A stretch of DNA of 49,364 nt from Reclinomonas americana ATCC 50394. Taxonomy: Eukaryota. A program made the translations under genes and the position numbers. Where the stretch lies: NCBI GenBank assembly GCA_048213135.1, contig PS015197.1, positions 72,971 to 122,334 of the forward strand. The letters are read 5' to 3'. Shown one piece after another: positions 12,487 to 32,875 of this stretch (positions within the stretch are counted from its first letter, which is position 1; the number at the start of each line of letters is the position of its first letter). A model generated the notes under the pieces. It was given only the letters and a program-made list of their open reading frames with translations. It had not been told where the DNA came from and did not search any database.

Positions 12487-15400
12487 GTTGAACGTATCCA
12501 GCCAGGTAATTCCTCCGTCTCTATTATTGCATATACTTCTCGGTCTTCTTTCTCTCTTTGTGTTCACACTTGTTCCCCAAACGGTTGTTGTCCCTTATAT
12601 ATCTCTGTTGCACTTATCCAGCCAAAATGTTCACCTCCTCTTCTGTTGCACACGCACTCTCTTTGTGGTTCATTCCCCTCACACATGTCGTCGTCACAGG
12701 AGTGGCCGAACACCAACTGGCATCTGGTGTAATCGTGGACATGGACGCCGCACTAAAGGAGGCCGAGAGGACGCCAGTTGCCGCCGAGAAGCAAAAGCCG
12801 TCACGGAAACAGGCTCGCCAGAACTCGTTTGTGCTGCAAAATAGTTGCGCCGTCTCTGTGAAGAATAGAAGCTGGTGCGGCAGAGAAGCTCACTCTCTCC
12901 TTGCCCTGGGCAGTTGAGCAAGCGGGGCGTGCGAGTCAGCGCGGTTTCCAAAAGCTGACACCGCGCCTGGAGACGGAGCTGGGTGCCATGCGCGACGACA
13001 TGAAACAGAAAGCAGGTGCGGCGGCGACCTCTCTCTCTCTCTCTCTCTTGTTCTCTCGCTCTTTGTCTCTGTATCTCGCGCAGGCACTCCTCCTGTCTTA
13101 GTTTCTCCGACCTGTGCATCCTTTCCTCTGTCACAGTCGTCTCTCCGTTTTCCACATACTCACCACCCTATTGCCCCGCTTGCAGACGCCCAAGGCATCG
13201 ACGTGCACACGTGGCTGCAGAAGAACTGGAGCATTATTCAACCAAAGCCACCGCCACCACCAACGCCGCGGGTGGCCGAAAATGCCATGATTGTCGGCAT
13301 GCTCACGCCGGCAGTGGTGACGGCGCAGCGGAGATCCTTGGTGAGCTGCCTGCTGTCCTTCTCGTTTGCAGCGTTTCCGCTCACCCTCTTGTGGCATCAG
13401 TTTGAGAAGCGCGAGCTCCGTGCGCTCGAAGTCAAGATCAAGAAGCACGACGAGATCGACGAGCGCGCCGAGCACACCAGTCGCAAGTTGGAGGAGGTGG
13501 AGGATCGCATGCAGAGGATTGCGAGGAAGGTGTGTGTGGGTGAAGGGGCGGGGACGGAGAGGGAGATGGACGAAGTAGGAAAGGGGAAGGGTGACTGGTC
13601 GAGGGTTGAGGGTCGAGGGTTGAGGTTCGAGGGTCGAATGTTGAGGGTTGAGGGTTGAAGGTCGAGGGTAGAGGGTTGAGGGTTGAGGGTTGAGGATCGA
13701 GGGTCGAGGGTTAAGGGTTGAAGGTCGAGGGTTGCCTTTTCTCTTGTCTATCGCAGATCGTTTTCTTCTTTTCTTATTCACGCACACGCATTCTGTCTGT
13801 TCTCGTCCTTTCTCTTTCACGTTTTTTTCTTTTTATGCTTTCCCTTCCACATCTATTTCTTCCCCATTTTCTCTTTCTTTTTCAATCCTGTTCTCCTACT
13901 TACGCACTTGTCTCCACTTTCCTTCTCCTCATTCCCTTCCACCCTTCCCCTTCCACCCCTCTCCTTCCACCCTTCCCCTTCCACCCTTCCACTTCCACTC
14001 TTCCTCTTCCATCCTTCCCCTTTTCACCCTTCCTTTATCCAGCCTTCCCCTATCCACCCTTCCTCTTCCACCCTTCTCCTTCCACCCTTCCCCTTCCACC
14101 CTTCTCCTTCCACCCTTCTCCTTCCACCCTTCTCCTTTCTCCCTTCTCCTTCCACCCTTTCCCTTTCCACCCTTCCCTTTCCACCCTTCCCTTTNNNNNN
14201 NNNNNNNNNNNNNNNNNNNNNNNNNNNNNNNNNNNNNNNNNNNNNNNNNNNNNNNNNNNNNNNNNNNNNNNNNNNNNNNNNNNNNNNNNNNNNNNNNNNN
14301 NNNNNNNNNNNNNNNNNNNNNNNNNNNNNNNNNNNNNNNNNNNNNNNNNNNNNNNNNNNNNNNNNNNNNNNNNNNNNNNNNNNNNNNNNNNNNNNNNNNN
14401 NNNNNNNNNNNNNNNNNNNNNNNNNNNNNNNNNNNNNNNNNNNNNNNNNNNNNNNNNNNNNNNNNNNNNNNNNNNNNNNNNNNNNNNNNNNNNNNNNNNN
14501 NNNNNNNNNNNNNNNNNNNNNNNNNNNNNNNNNNNNNNNNNNNNNNNNNNNNNNNNNNNNNNNNNNNNNNNNCAGGCATGAGATCGGCAGAAAGACAAGG
14601 TATCTCAGTCGGAAGGCAGAAACAGCTGTGGTTCGTTGCCACGGAAAGGAAGCGCACGGAGTCATGACGCTTTGAGCCTCGACCAATGGGCTGAGTCAGT
14701 ATATCAAGCGTCTCCCGCTGCAGTTGAGAAGGAGAATAGAACAGGAGAGAGTTGGAAGAGGGAGAAGTTCAAGTGCCCCCGAGAGTGGGGAAGATGGACG
14801 ACTATGCACTCCTCTTCCTCCTTCTTCTGCTTCTTGTTTTTCTTCTTGTTCTTCTTCATCTTCTTTGTGTGTTTGTGTGTGTTGCCAGTGACCACAGTTA
14901 GAGTCGGGGAAGAAGCCTGTGCTCACTAAATGTAACTAATTCGGCTTCTCTCTCTCCCTCCATCTCTCTCTCTCTCTCTCTCACCCCAAAACAGCGACAG
15001 CCTGGAGAGCCCTGCCAGCATCCAGTCGACCCCACGCACCCCACGACGACCAGCCACTCCTCGCGGCGGTGCCTCGGGTAGCGGTGGAGCTGCAGCCGGA
15101 GGACGCCAGGAGATCTACTCGCAGCTTCCCATGTACGTCTGTCCGTCTCTCACCCTACGTCCCTTCTTCTATCTCACCCCCGCCCCTCTCGCGCAGTGAT
15201 GAGGTGTGCAAGATCTACGTCGAATTCTGCAAGCGCCGACTGGAGGAGCACGACCGCCTGGTCGACGCCTTTTACGATCGTCTCGACGAGATGCGACAGC
15301 GGAGAGATGTGCTGGCCGCCGCCGCCATGCTTAGCGGGCAGCCAGTGGTGCTGGACTACGACCTGCCGACGTACCCGGTGGTGAATTTTGTGCCGCTGCC

Positions 15401-15647
15401 CGAGGAAGAGGAGGAATTGCTACAAAAGGGTCGCCTGATGTTGGCCGCCTGGCGCGCCGGCGCAGAGGAGAGGGTGGCTGCTGCTGCGACGGCGGAGGCC
15501 GCACCGGCTGCTGTACCAGTTGTTGTCGAGGCAGAGGTGAAGCTCAGTGCGCCGCCGCCGGCACCGAGCAAGCCGGTGGTGATTCCTCCAATCGATCTGG
15601 CGGCGGCGGCGGCCAGGGCGGCGGCCGAGTTGGAGAAGGAGAGTTGA
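7541..15647 (+). CDS. Multi-exon hypothetical protein; Ser/Pro/Arg-rich low-complexity regions plus coiled-coil-like segments
   Basis: Exons 7541-7581 (MPVERVFLDPIVH), 8696-(gap), 10724-10801, 10882-11137, 11258-11426, ~12700-12826 (junction unresolved), ~12914-13015, ~13186-13340, ~13401-13529, ~14995-15132, ~15197-15647 (TGA). Most joins are phase-consistent. Several SPR/TPR motifs, and FEKRELRALEVKIKKHDEIDERAEHTSRKLEEVEDRMQRIARK looks coiled-coil. Three large N gaps may hide further exons. No family recognised. Confidence 0.65.
7760..8112. repeat. Intronic CT-rich ~150-170 bp imperfect tandem repeat
   Basis: cttgcacac...tcacttctcccttgcact...cactcactga(a/g)tcgcctt recurs at ~7761 and ~7911, and partly at ~8077. 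Confidence 0.6.
10490..10690. repeat. Polypyrimidine minisatellite (CTTCTCCCTCTC)n, intronic
   Basis: 12-nt unit repeated about 8-10 times nearly perfectly. Confidence 0.85.
13598..13733 (+). repeat. G-rich heptamer satellite T(T/C)GAGGG, telomere-repeat-like, intronic
   Basis: About 19 degenerate units of gagggtt/gagggtc. Confidence 0.8.
13935..14194. repeat. Polypyrimidine 14-mer minisatellite CCACCCTTC(T/C)CCTT
   Basis: Direct reading; the array runs into an N gap. Confidence 0.8.
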
Positions 15648-16099
15648 TGGCGGAGGGGGAGGTTGTGGTAAAACGATTTGTGTTGTTGTTGTTGTGGTTG
15701 TTGTTGTTGTCTATGCACGTGGGGAAGCATCGTGTTTGTCGTATTGCGTCTGGGCAGCTTTGTTTGTTTTTCTCGAGCTGACGAGTGTGCAGTTTCCACT
15801 GCATTATCAACGCTGTCCTAAAAAGACTGGGAGAGAACCAAAACAAAGAGACATGCATGCTGCTGGTCATCGGAGAACAATCGCAGTTGGCGAAGCACCC
15901 AAGGTTGCCCAGCTCTCTGACACTCCCTCTCTCCTTCTTCCTCCTCCTCCTCCGCGCTTCACATCACAGCTTGTCACCATTTCATCTTGCTGTTCGGATC
16001 AACGAATCTTCATTGCTTCTCTTCTCTCTTGGCCTCTCTTCGTTTCTTGCATCACGCAGTGCGCGCGTGTGTGCGAAACAACAACCAAGACACACACAG

Positions 16100-24062
<7,963 letters not shown>

Positions 24063-24480
24063 ACCAAGCAATTTAAGTTGGTGATGGAGAAGGAATGGAT
24101 GTGGAGAGGAAGACACTGCCGTGGATGGAAGACGGTATATTTGCACCTGCGCGTGGTGAGGGAGTGAGAGTCAGGCAGAAGGGGGAATGAGAGAGGGGAG
24201 AGATTCCGCTGGGCAAGCAGCACATGCAAAGTTGTGTTTGCGGGATCAATAGAGCTTGTCGAAAGAGAAGAAGAAGAAAGCAGAAACCCCAGTGCACCAA
24301 GAGGAACACTTCTGAGCGGCAGCCTTGTGTTGTGAGGGCTGGACTGTGAATGTGAGTCGTCTCTTTGTGCACCTGACTATTGTTGTTGTCGTACAAGGAA
24401 GAGCAAGACGAGTGAAGGAAGATTGGAGCCGGGGACCATCATGCAACTCACAAGGCGAATGAATGCTGTTGTACGTGGAG

Positions 24481-24629
24481 CCGCCCGGAGGCATCTATTC
24501 CATTAGTGATGTTGCTCACTCTCACCAACATCGGACACGAAAATGGCTGTCTTGTTGACCAAGTTTAGCCGTGTTGGGAAACAACGTTCTTCGATGTTCG
24601 TGGCAGTGGCAGAGCAGCACGTCGCTGGT
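24481..24629. other. Highly conserved spacer element, copy 1 (others at 33871-34019 and ~40455-40595)
   Basis: About 148 nt identical between spacers 1 and 2, with only ~2 substitutions in the core in spacer 3. Absent from both outer flanks of the array. Confidence 0.8.
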
Positions 24630-25246
24630 AAAGGATGGCGAGGGATCCGGAGTCACCCATCGCGAGATTGCACAGGTAACACGTGTTCTAGTGGATCGAT
24701 GCGGATGATCAGAAGGAAGTGATGCCTTTGTTGGGTCTGTTGATACTCATGCACCTACACTTGACCACCACCTCAGCGGGTGCGCTTGGAATGCCGTCTT
24801 GATGACGATCAGGGTTGTTGGTGTTTAAACGAGTTCGTAACCTTCTCGTTGTGTTTTGTCGCGTCTCTTCCTCGGTATCCATCGCCCTGATGCAGCTGCT
24901 CGTGTGCTCTGTTGTCCTCTATGAGGAGTTGTTGTACATTATCACCTCAGCACCCAGCTTGCCTGATCCATGTTCTCTCCAGAAGAGAGAGAGATTAAAA
25001 GCAAAGAAACATGAATTGCTGGTCATGGAGAACAATCGCAGTTGACAGTTGACGATGCACCCAAGGTTGCCCAGTTCTCTGACACTCCCTCTCTCCTTCT
25101 TCTTCCTCCTCCCTCCCCTTCCCATAATAGCTTGTCACCTTTCATCTTTGTTCGGATCATCGAATCTTCATTTGCTTTCTCACTCTTCGTTTCTTGCATC
25201 ACGCAGCGCGCGCGTGTGTGCGAAACAACAACAGAGACACACACAA

Positions 25247-25584
25247 ATGGCCGCTCGACGTCCTCCTCCATCTCACTCACCAACAACAACAACAACAACT
25301 CCTTCGCTGCCAATGTCTGCCTCGTCTCCGTGCGACGACGACGAGAAAGCAGACATGATGTTCATCGACAGCAAGCAGCATGTGACGACGATGAAGTTGA
25401 TGCATTCCTCCTCTCTCTCCATCAACATCAACGATGATGATGAAGAAAAGAAGAAGAAGAGCGCATCGGGGTCGTCTGCTCATCGTGGTGTGCCTGCGAT
25501 GGCAAGGCGACGAGTGCCTGCCTCTTCTTCTTCTTCCACGTCTGTCACCACCACCAGTGTCACTGCCAAGAAAGGTGTGTGTGC

Positions 25585-25624
<40 letters not shown>

Positions 25625-26060
25625 GTGCATCTTCATCTCTCTCTCTCCTTGTTCCTGTTGCGCTTGTGTGTTGCTTGTGTTCTCTTTGCGCCCTTCATGT
25701 GGCCACAACTGTGCGTACTCCCCCCCTCTCCCTCTCTGTGTGTCTGTGTGGCTGTGTTGAGCTCCGCATCTGCTTTCCCCTCAATGTGATGATGATGATG
25801 ATGGTGGAGAGTGCATCGTTTCTCTCTCCTCCTCCTCCTCCTTCTTCCTCCTCTTCCTCCTCCTCCTCTCTCTCTTCCTCACCTCTCTCTTTTTCTTCTT
25901 CTTTCTTCTTCTTCTTATTCACGTTCTTGTTCTTGTTCTTCTCCTTCACCTCTTTCTCCTCTTCATTCTTGGTCTTGTCTTCCTTTTTTGTCTCCGTTGG
26001 TCATCTTGTTCTTCCTCCTTCTCATTCTCCTCCTCCTTCTTCTTCTCCTCCTCCTCCTAT

Positions 26061-26104
<44 letters not shown>

Positions 26105-29100
26105 TCTTCTTCTCTCTCTCTTCTTCTTCTTCTTCTCCTCCTCCTCCTCCTCCTCCTCCTCCTCCTCCTCCTCCTCCTCCTCCTCCTCCTCCTCCTGCTG
26201 TTGTTCTTGTTCTTGTTCTTGTTCTTCCTCATGGATTGTCGTTGCTTCATTCCCTGTTGCAGAAGCAGCTGGCCTCGTGAAAGACAAGAAGGATAAGAAG
26301 CACGCCGACGAGAGCACAGCCGCCATTGTCGCTGCCCGAAGTGACGCGGAGAATCGCACTGGGCAGGGTGCGTCTCTCTCTCTCTCTCTCTCTCTTGCAG
26401 TCTGTGGTGTTCTCGCGTCATGAGATGTCTCACCTGGGCGGTGCATGCACACAGCTGCTCACCAGGAGCACATGGAACACACAGCGATGGAACGCATCGT
26501 CGAGGTACAGTGATTGTGTATCATCCCAAGATGAGCATGCCTCATACTGAATTCTCTCCCTCTCTCTCTTGGCATGATTGCGCAGCAACGAGCGAGGAGG
26601 CGGCGAGTCGACTCGTCTCAGGTGGATCACAGCGAGGACTTGCCTGCACGTGATTCAGTTGAGACATCATCCCGCAAGCGTTCTCTGGAGGTGAGCTCTG
26701 ATGCGGCTCGCATCTCAATGTCTCTCTCGCGTGTATCATTGTTGACACCTGATGTTTCTCTTCATTATCTGCAGATGAATGCATCCAGCGATGAAGAGCT
26801 TGCACCGCCAAAGAAGAAAAAGAAGGTGTGAATTCTCTGCTGCTGACATTGTGGTGCATGTTCATCGATCTGCATTTGGGTTCTTTTGTGTCAACGATGC
26901 GTGTTGTGATTCACAGCGCGGCGAGACTCGAGCTGCCAAAAAGCCAGTGGAGTTGAGCGCAGACGAGAAGCTTCTGCTGAACAAGCTGCTTGTTGCGTGT
27001 GCTTGTCACTCTGTCATCATTGCGATCCACCTTGCTCCTTCTCCCTCCTCGTTGCACTCACCATTCTATCTGTGTCACTCGCAGCGATGCAATCGAAAGA
27101 GGATTCTGGTGAAAGCATTCGGCCTGATGGCACCCATTGTTCAGAAATCCGCAGTCATCCACCATCAGAGCGTTGTCTTCGAGATGGCCTGTGACGAATG
27201 CGGGGTTCCGTTGTCGGAGCCGGGTCGCACTTCGTCTGCAGTCAAGAGTGCATTTGGCAATAGTCTTGGCGAAACTGCCAGCTATTCACGCCGCAAAACG
27301 CCTAAATCAGTGGAGGGTGTGCTACATCGCGTGAGCATTTTCATCGAGGTGAGCAAGCAGGTGTCTGTGAACGACTGTGGCATGTGAACCAACGTGCAGA
27401 TGATTGCAATCTGCAGATGAGCCAGCTCTCTGGCGAGGCTCTGGTGGATGCTGTTGAGAGTCCGCTGATTGTGGTGGATGAGCGCGGGTTTTCGGAGGTG
27501 CGTTTGTTTTGCCAGATCTTCTGTGTCTGTTGTGATTATGTCGACTGACTTACGTTCACTCGGCTGTATGTGACAGGAGTCGTGGGAGAGATTGCCAACA
27601 GAATTTAAAAATAAGAAAGATCATCTTCTGCCATTTGTCAAACAGGCCATATATGTGATGCGCGAGTGTGATGGTCTCATGGCTGCTCTGCTTCGAGATG
27701 GCTGTCTGTCGGATGCGGAGATTGCACGTGCCGTCACGTGGTGCCGTTCAAAAGGTCTGCAATCTCATGCCGCTGTTGGTGTTGCTGGTGTTGGTGTTGC
27801 TGGTGTTGGTGTTGACCAGCGCCACGCAGAATATGGGGATGTGAAGATGGTGGTGAAGAAGGAGGAGGAAAATGACGGAGAGGGTGATGTCGTCAAGTTC
27901 GAAGACGGTGACATCAAGGTATGCAGCAATAGTGTACGAGCAACAAAAGCTGCGGGCACGCAAGTCTTCGTCGACAATCGATATCTTGTGCGTTCACAGG
28001 CGGATGCGGGGAGTGACGATGACGAGGAAACAGAGCCAAGCAAGGTACGGCGGTGCCCGATGTTTCTGGATGGTTGTCTGAGGCAGATGTTGATTGTGGA
28101 TGTTTTATGGGACGTGCATTTGCAGCACGTCAAGTGTGGTCGCCGTGTGCCGGATGTGGATTTGAGCAAGGACGAGCGGATGGTGCTGGACAGACTGCAT
28201 GTTGCGTGTGTATGTTCACAACACCTCAGCAAGGCAGAGTGATTGACACAGCCATGGCTTTGCCATAACACCTGATGCTTGTGCATGTGTGCGAACAGCG
28301 ATGCAACAAAAAGAAGATACTGGTGACGGCATTCGGCATCATGGCGCCCATTGTGAAGCCATCCGCAGCCTTGCATCATCAGCGGGTTATGTTTGAACTC
28401 GCCTGCAAGGAGTGCGGCATTCCTTCGTCAGGAACTGGTTCTCCGTCGTCCGCAGTAAAGGAAGCATTCGGCAGGAGCCTCGGCAAGGTCGTCCAAAATG
28501 CACGCACCAACACACCCAAGTCTGTTGAAGGAGTGCTCCAGAGCATGAGCAGCTTCATCGAGGTAAGCAAATGTCTGTTCTGTCTATCCCGCGTGACTGG
28601 AATGTGAGCCAACATCACTGCGTGTACAACTCTGCAGAAGAGTGAACTTCGTGGTGGTGCTCTGGCGGATGCTATTGAGAGACCACTGATTGTGGTGGAT
28701 GAACGAGGCCATTCTGAGGTGGGCTAACTTTCTGTTGTGTGCTATCTGCATTTCTTGGTTGTGTCGACTCACTTGCTTTGTTCACGATGTCCGTCGTGCT
28801 GCAGGACTCATGGAAGATGTTGGAGATGACGCAGAAGAAGAACGACCGTCTCCTGCCGTTCATCGCCCAGGTCGCGCAGGCCCTGCGTGAATGTCCTGGC
28901 TTTCGGACGATTCTGATTCGAGACGGCTGTCTCTCCGAGGCGGAGATCGCACGGGCCGCAGAGTGGTGCGGCGACAGAGGTTTGATGGCATCCTTGTGTT
29001 GTACTGTATGCATGGCGTCAGGACTGACAAGCGAGATGCAGCTCTACTGGAGGCGACGGTGCTGAAGAAAGAAGAGATGAAGGAGGAAGAGGAGGAGGAG

Positions 29101-32100
29101 GAATGGGAAGATGATTCAAGGGTCGACGGGGGAGAAGATAAAGACGACGGCATGGATGAAGCTGACAGGAGGAAGGTATGACCATGGATGATTGGACAAG
29201 TGCACGTTGTGGCAACATCTCATCTGTACATGCACAGCGACGAGGGAGAGGTCCTGCAACAATGAGCAAGGACGAGCAACTGATGCTGGCAAGGCTGCTT
29301 GTTGAGTGTGCTTGCTGTCGAGTGTCCTTGCGTAAGTCGTCTTGCTCATTGTGTGTTCATCGCACCACCCATGTGTTACATGCGAGAGCAGTGCTGTAAC
29401 AAGAAGACGATACTGGTGACGGCTTTTGGCATCATGGCGCCGTGTGTGATGGAATCCACTGTCCGTCGTCATCAGCGAGTTCTTGTTGAACTCGCCTGCA
29501 AGGAGTGTGGCATCTCGACATCGAAAGCAGGACGGCTTTCGTCGGCAGTCGTCAACTCATTCAGCAAGAGTCTTGGCGAATTCGTCCAAAAGGCACGCGC
29601 CAAGACGCCCAAGTCTGTTGAGGGAGTACTCCAGATGACGAGCGACTTCATTGAGGTGAGCATCGATCATCTTCTTCCGCAAGTTTATCAATGATGAGCG
29701 CTAACATATGTGCCATTATGCAGAAGAGTGAACTGTGCGATTCGGCTCTGGCGGATGCGATTGAGAGGCCGCTGTTTGTGTTGGATGAACGTGGTCATTC
29801 GGAGGTGTGTGGCTTCCCCGCGATCAGTGTGCTCTGCGCGCGCGTTGTTTCTCACGTTCTGTGCTTTTAAATTCGGATGTCAGGAATCGTCACTCTTGCC
29901 AGGGATGAAGCGCAACATACAGAATCCTCTTCTGCCATTCTTCACACAGGCCGTGGATGCTCTTCGCAACTGCCCGGGTCTGCTGGCCATTCTGCTTCGA
30001 GACGGTTCTCTTTCCGAGGCGGAGATTACTCGTGCCGTCAAGTGGTGCCGTGAACGAGGTTTGGTTGCGTGACACACATTTTTTGCAAATTGTGAATACT
30101 CTGACAAACAGGCGACAGCTGTGAGGGAGATGGAGATGGTGAAGAAAGAGGAGAAGAGGGAGGAAGAGCAGAAGGATGATGGTGACGGCAGCGAGAATGA
30201 AGACGATAACGGGGAGGGGAAAAGGAGACACAAGGTACGCCCGTCGCTGCTATCTATGAACGTGAATGATGGGTGCATTTCAAACGGCATTGTTCGCAAT
30301 CGCAGCGCCACGAAAATGGTCTTGCAAATTTGGGCATCAACGAGCAACTGATGCTCGCGAGACTACATGTTGCGTGTTGCTGTTGCCTCTCTGCTCGGCT
30401 CCTCTCTTCCACTCACCCACCGCGTATACGAACAGGGCTGCAACAGGAAGGGGATGCTGGTAAAGGCATTTGGCCTCATGGCACCCCTGACCATGCCGTC
30501 CACAGTCACAAATTATCAGCGCCTACACGTCCAGCTTGCTTGTGGCGAATGCGGAATACCGTCAGAGGGACCTGGCTGTCCGTCATCCGCTGTCATGTGT
30601 GCATTCGTCAAGAGTCTTGCCAATAGTGCCAACACGGCACGCTACAAGACGCCCAAATCAGTGGAGGGCGTCCTCAAGAGTGTGAGCAACTTCATCGAGG
30701 TAAGTTTCCTTGTGTTGACATTCAACAGTGACGTGCCTGCCAGCTGACCTGCCTTCCATTGTGTGCATGTGGAATCATAAGGAAAGCGGTCTTCGAGGAG
30801 CCGAGCTGGCGAAATCTGTCGAGAGACCTCGAATTGTAATTGACGAGCGCGGCTTCTCGGAGGCATGTGGACGTCAGTTATGTTCGCTGTTGTGTGCCGA
30901 TGATGTTGTCTCACTTTCTCGATTCTCGGGTGACAGGAATCAGCAAACCTGATGCAGGTTATCGGCAAGCAAAATAATCTTCTGCCGTTCGTCACACAGG
31001 CCATGCAGGCTCTCCACAACTGCCCTGGCCTGCTGGCCGCTCTGCTGCGAGACGGTTGCCTTTCCGAGGCGGAGATTACACGTGCCGTCGAGTGGTGCAG
31101 TGAACGAGGTTCGGCTGCGTGACATTCATTGCTACACAGTTTGTGCGTGTGCTGACAAGCAGACGACAGCTCTGAGGGAGATGGAGATGATGAAGAAAGA
31201 GAAGAAGAGCGAGGACGATGAACAGGCGGATGATGACGACGGCAGCGAGAATGAGGACGACGACGGGGAGGGGAAAAGGAGACACAAGGTACGCCCATCA
31301 CTGCTATCTATATAATGAGACGTGAATGATGCGTGGATCTCAAAGCTGCATGGTTCTCAACCACAGCGCCACAAGAGTGGCCCTGCGAAGTTGAGCATCA
31401 ACGAGCAGCTAATGCTCACGAGACTACATGTTGCGTGTTGCTGTTGCCTCTCTGCTCGGCTCCTTACTCCCACTCACCCAACGAACATGCGAACAGGGCT
31501 GCAACAGGAAGGTGGTGCTGGTGAAGGCATTCGGCCTCATGGCACCCGTGGTGATTGGGTCCACTGTCCACCATCATCAGCGCGCTCTCTTCCAATTTGC
31601 CTGTGACGAATGCGGCATGCCATCAGAGGGACCAGGCTGCCCATCATCCGCAGTCATGTCTGCATTTGTCAAGAGTCTTGCCGATAGTACCAAGACTGCA
31701 CGCAACCAGNNNNNNNNNNNNNNNNNNNNNNNNNNNNNNNNNNNNNNNNNNNNNNNNNNNNNNNNNNNNNNNNNNNNNNNNNNNNNNNNNNNNNNNNNNN
31801 NNNNNNNNNNNNNNNNNNNNNNNNNNNNNNNNNNNNNNNNNNNNNNNNNNNNNNNNNNNNNNNNNNNNNNNNNNNNNNNNNNNNNNNNNNNNNNNNNNNN
31901 NNNNNNNNNNNNNNNNNNNNNNNNNNNNNNNNNNNNNNNNNNNNNNNNNNNNNNNNNNNNNNNNNNNNNNNNNNNNNCTGACTCCTGCCAGAGTACGCAA
32001 AGTGAGCAAGCTAACATCGATTCACAGAACCACACACCCAGAAGACATGCCTCACAGTAGCCGCAATCGTCAATCACAATCAGTGGTCTCTCGACAGCAT

Positions 32101-32875
32101 TCACCAGCTCAGCTCCTCGAAGACCGCTCTTCTGATGATCCCGCATATATTGAACTCAAATCAGTCAACAGAAACGTCACGGTCGGAGGCGACACAGAAA
32201 CAGAACACTGACACTCACCTCGATGAAGTGACTCACGCTCGCCAGCACACCTTGAACTGACTTGGGCGTNNNNNNNNNNNNNNNNNNNNNNNNNNNNNNN
32301 NNNNNNNNNNNNNNNNNNNNNNNNNNNNNNNNNNNNNNNNNNNNNNNNNNNNNNNNNNNNNNNNNNNNNNNNNNNNNNNNNNNNNNNNNNNNNNNNNNNN
32401 NNNNNNNNNNNNNNNNNNNNNNNNNNNNNNNNNNNNNNNNNNNNNNNNNNNNNNNNNNNNNNNNNNNNNNNNNNNNNNNNNNNNNNNNNNNNNNNNNNNN
32501 NNNNNNNNNNNNNNNNNNNNNNNNNNNNNNNNNNNNNNNCAAAGTTGTGGAGGGGAGGCCGTCAAAATACTCTTCTGCCATTTGTCACGCAGGCCATGCA
32601 TCTGCTCCGCAACTGTCCCGGCCTGCTGGCCACCTTGCTTCGTGACGGTTGTCTTTCGAAGACGGAGATTGCGCGTGCTGGTGGGTGCTCCAACGGCAAC
32701 AATCTGAGAGCACCTGGATGTTGTTGCATGTCGTGCCACTAGCAGCACTGACGAGCATGATGCAGTGCTGGATGACGAGAAACCAGTGAAGATGGAGGTG
32801 ATGAAGAAAGAGGAGGAGAAGGAGGATGAGGACGAGGAGGAGGAGGAGGAGGAGGAGGAGGAGGAGGACATGTAG
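25247..32875 (+). CDS. Repeat-domain nuclear protein paralogue 2 (5 modules; the last is split by a mis-oriented contig)
   Basis: ATG at 25247 (MAARR). NLS exon 26775-26825. Modules start at ~26917, ~28126, 29238, 30306 and 31367. The fifth module continues in revcomp(31978-32269) and then from 32540. Stop TAG at 32873-32875. Confidence 0.75.
31978..32269 (-). other. Inverted 292-bp contig between two N gaps (probable scaffolding error)
   Basis: Its reverse complement joins 31709 (..ARNQ) to TPKSVQG.., and its other end (..ctggcaggagtcag) joins caaagttgtgg at 32540, with no missing bases relative to paralogue 3 (39500-39815). Confidence 0.85.

Noticed and set aside
12700-12826. Possible stop-codon reassignment (one phase-compatible reading of this exon has two in-frame TAA)
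   Set aside because: I saw no in-frame TAA/TAG in the other reconstructed exons, and the array genes end at TAA/TAG in the same position. A missing exon or sequence error is more likely.
31710-32539. Apparent local inversion or invertible segment within paralogue 2
   Set aside because: It is bounded by N gaps on both sides, and its reverse complement fills the gene with zero missing bases. This is best explained as a mis-oriented contig, not a biological switch.
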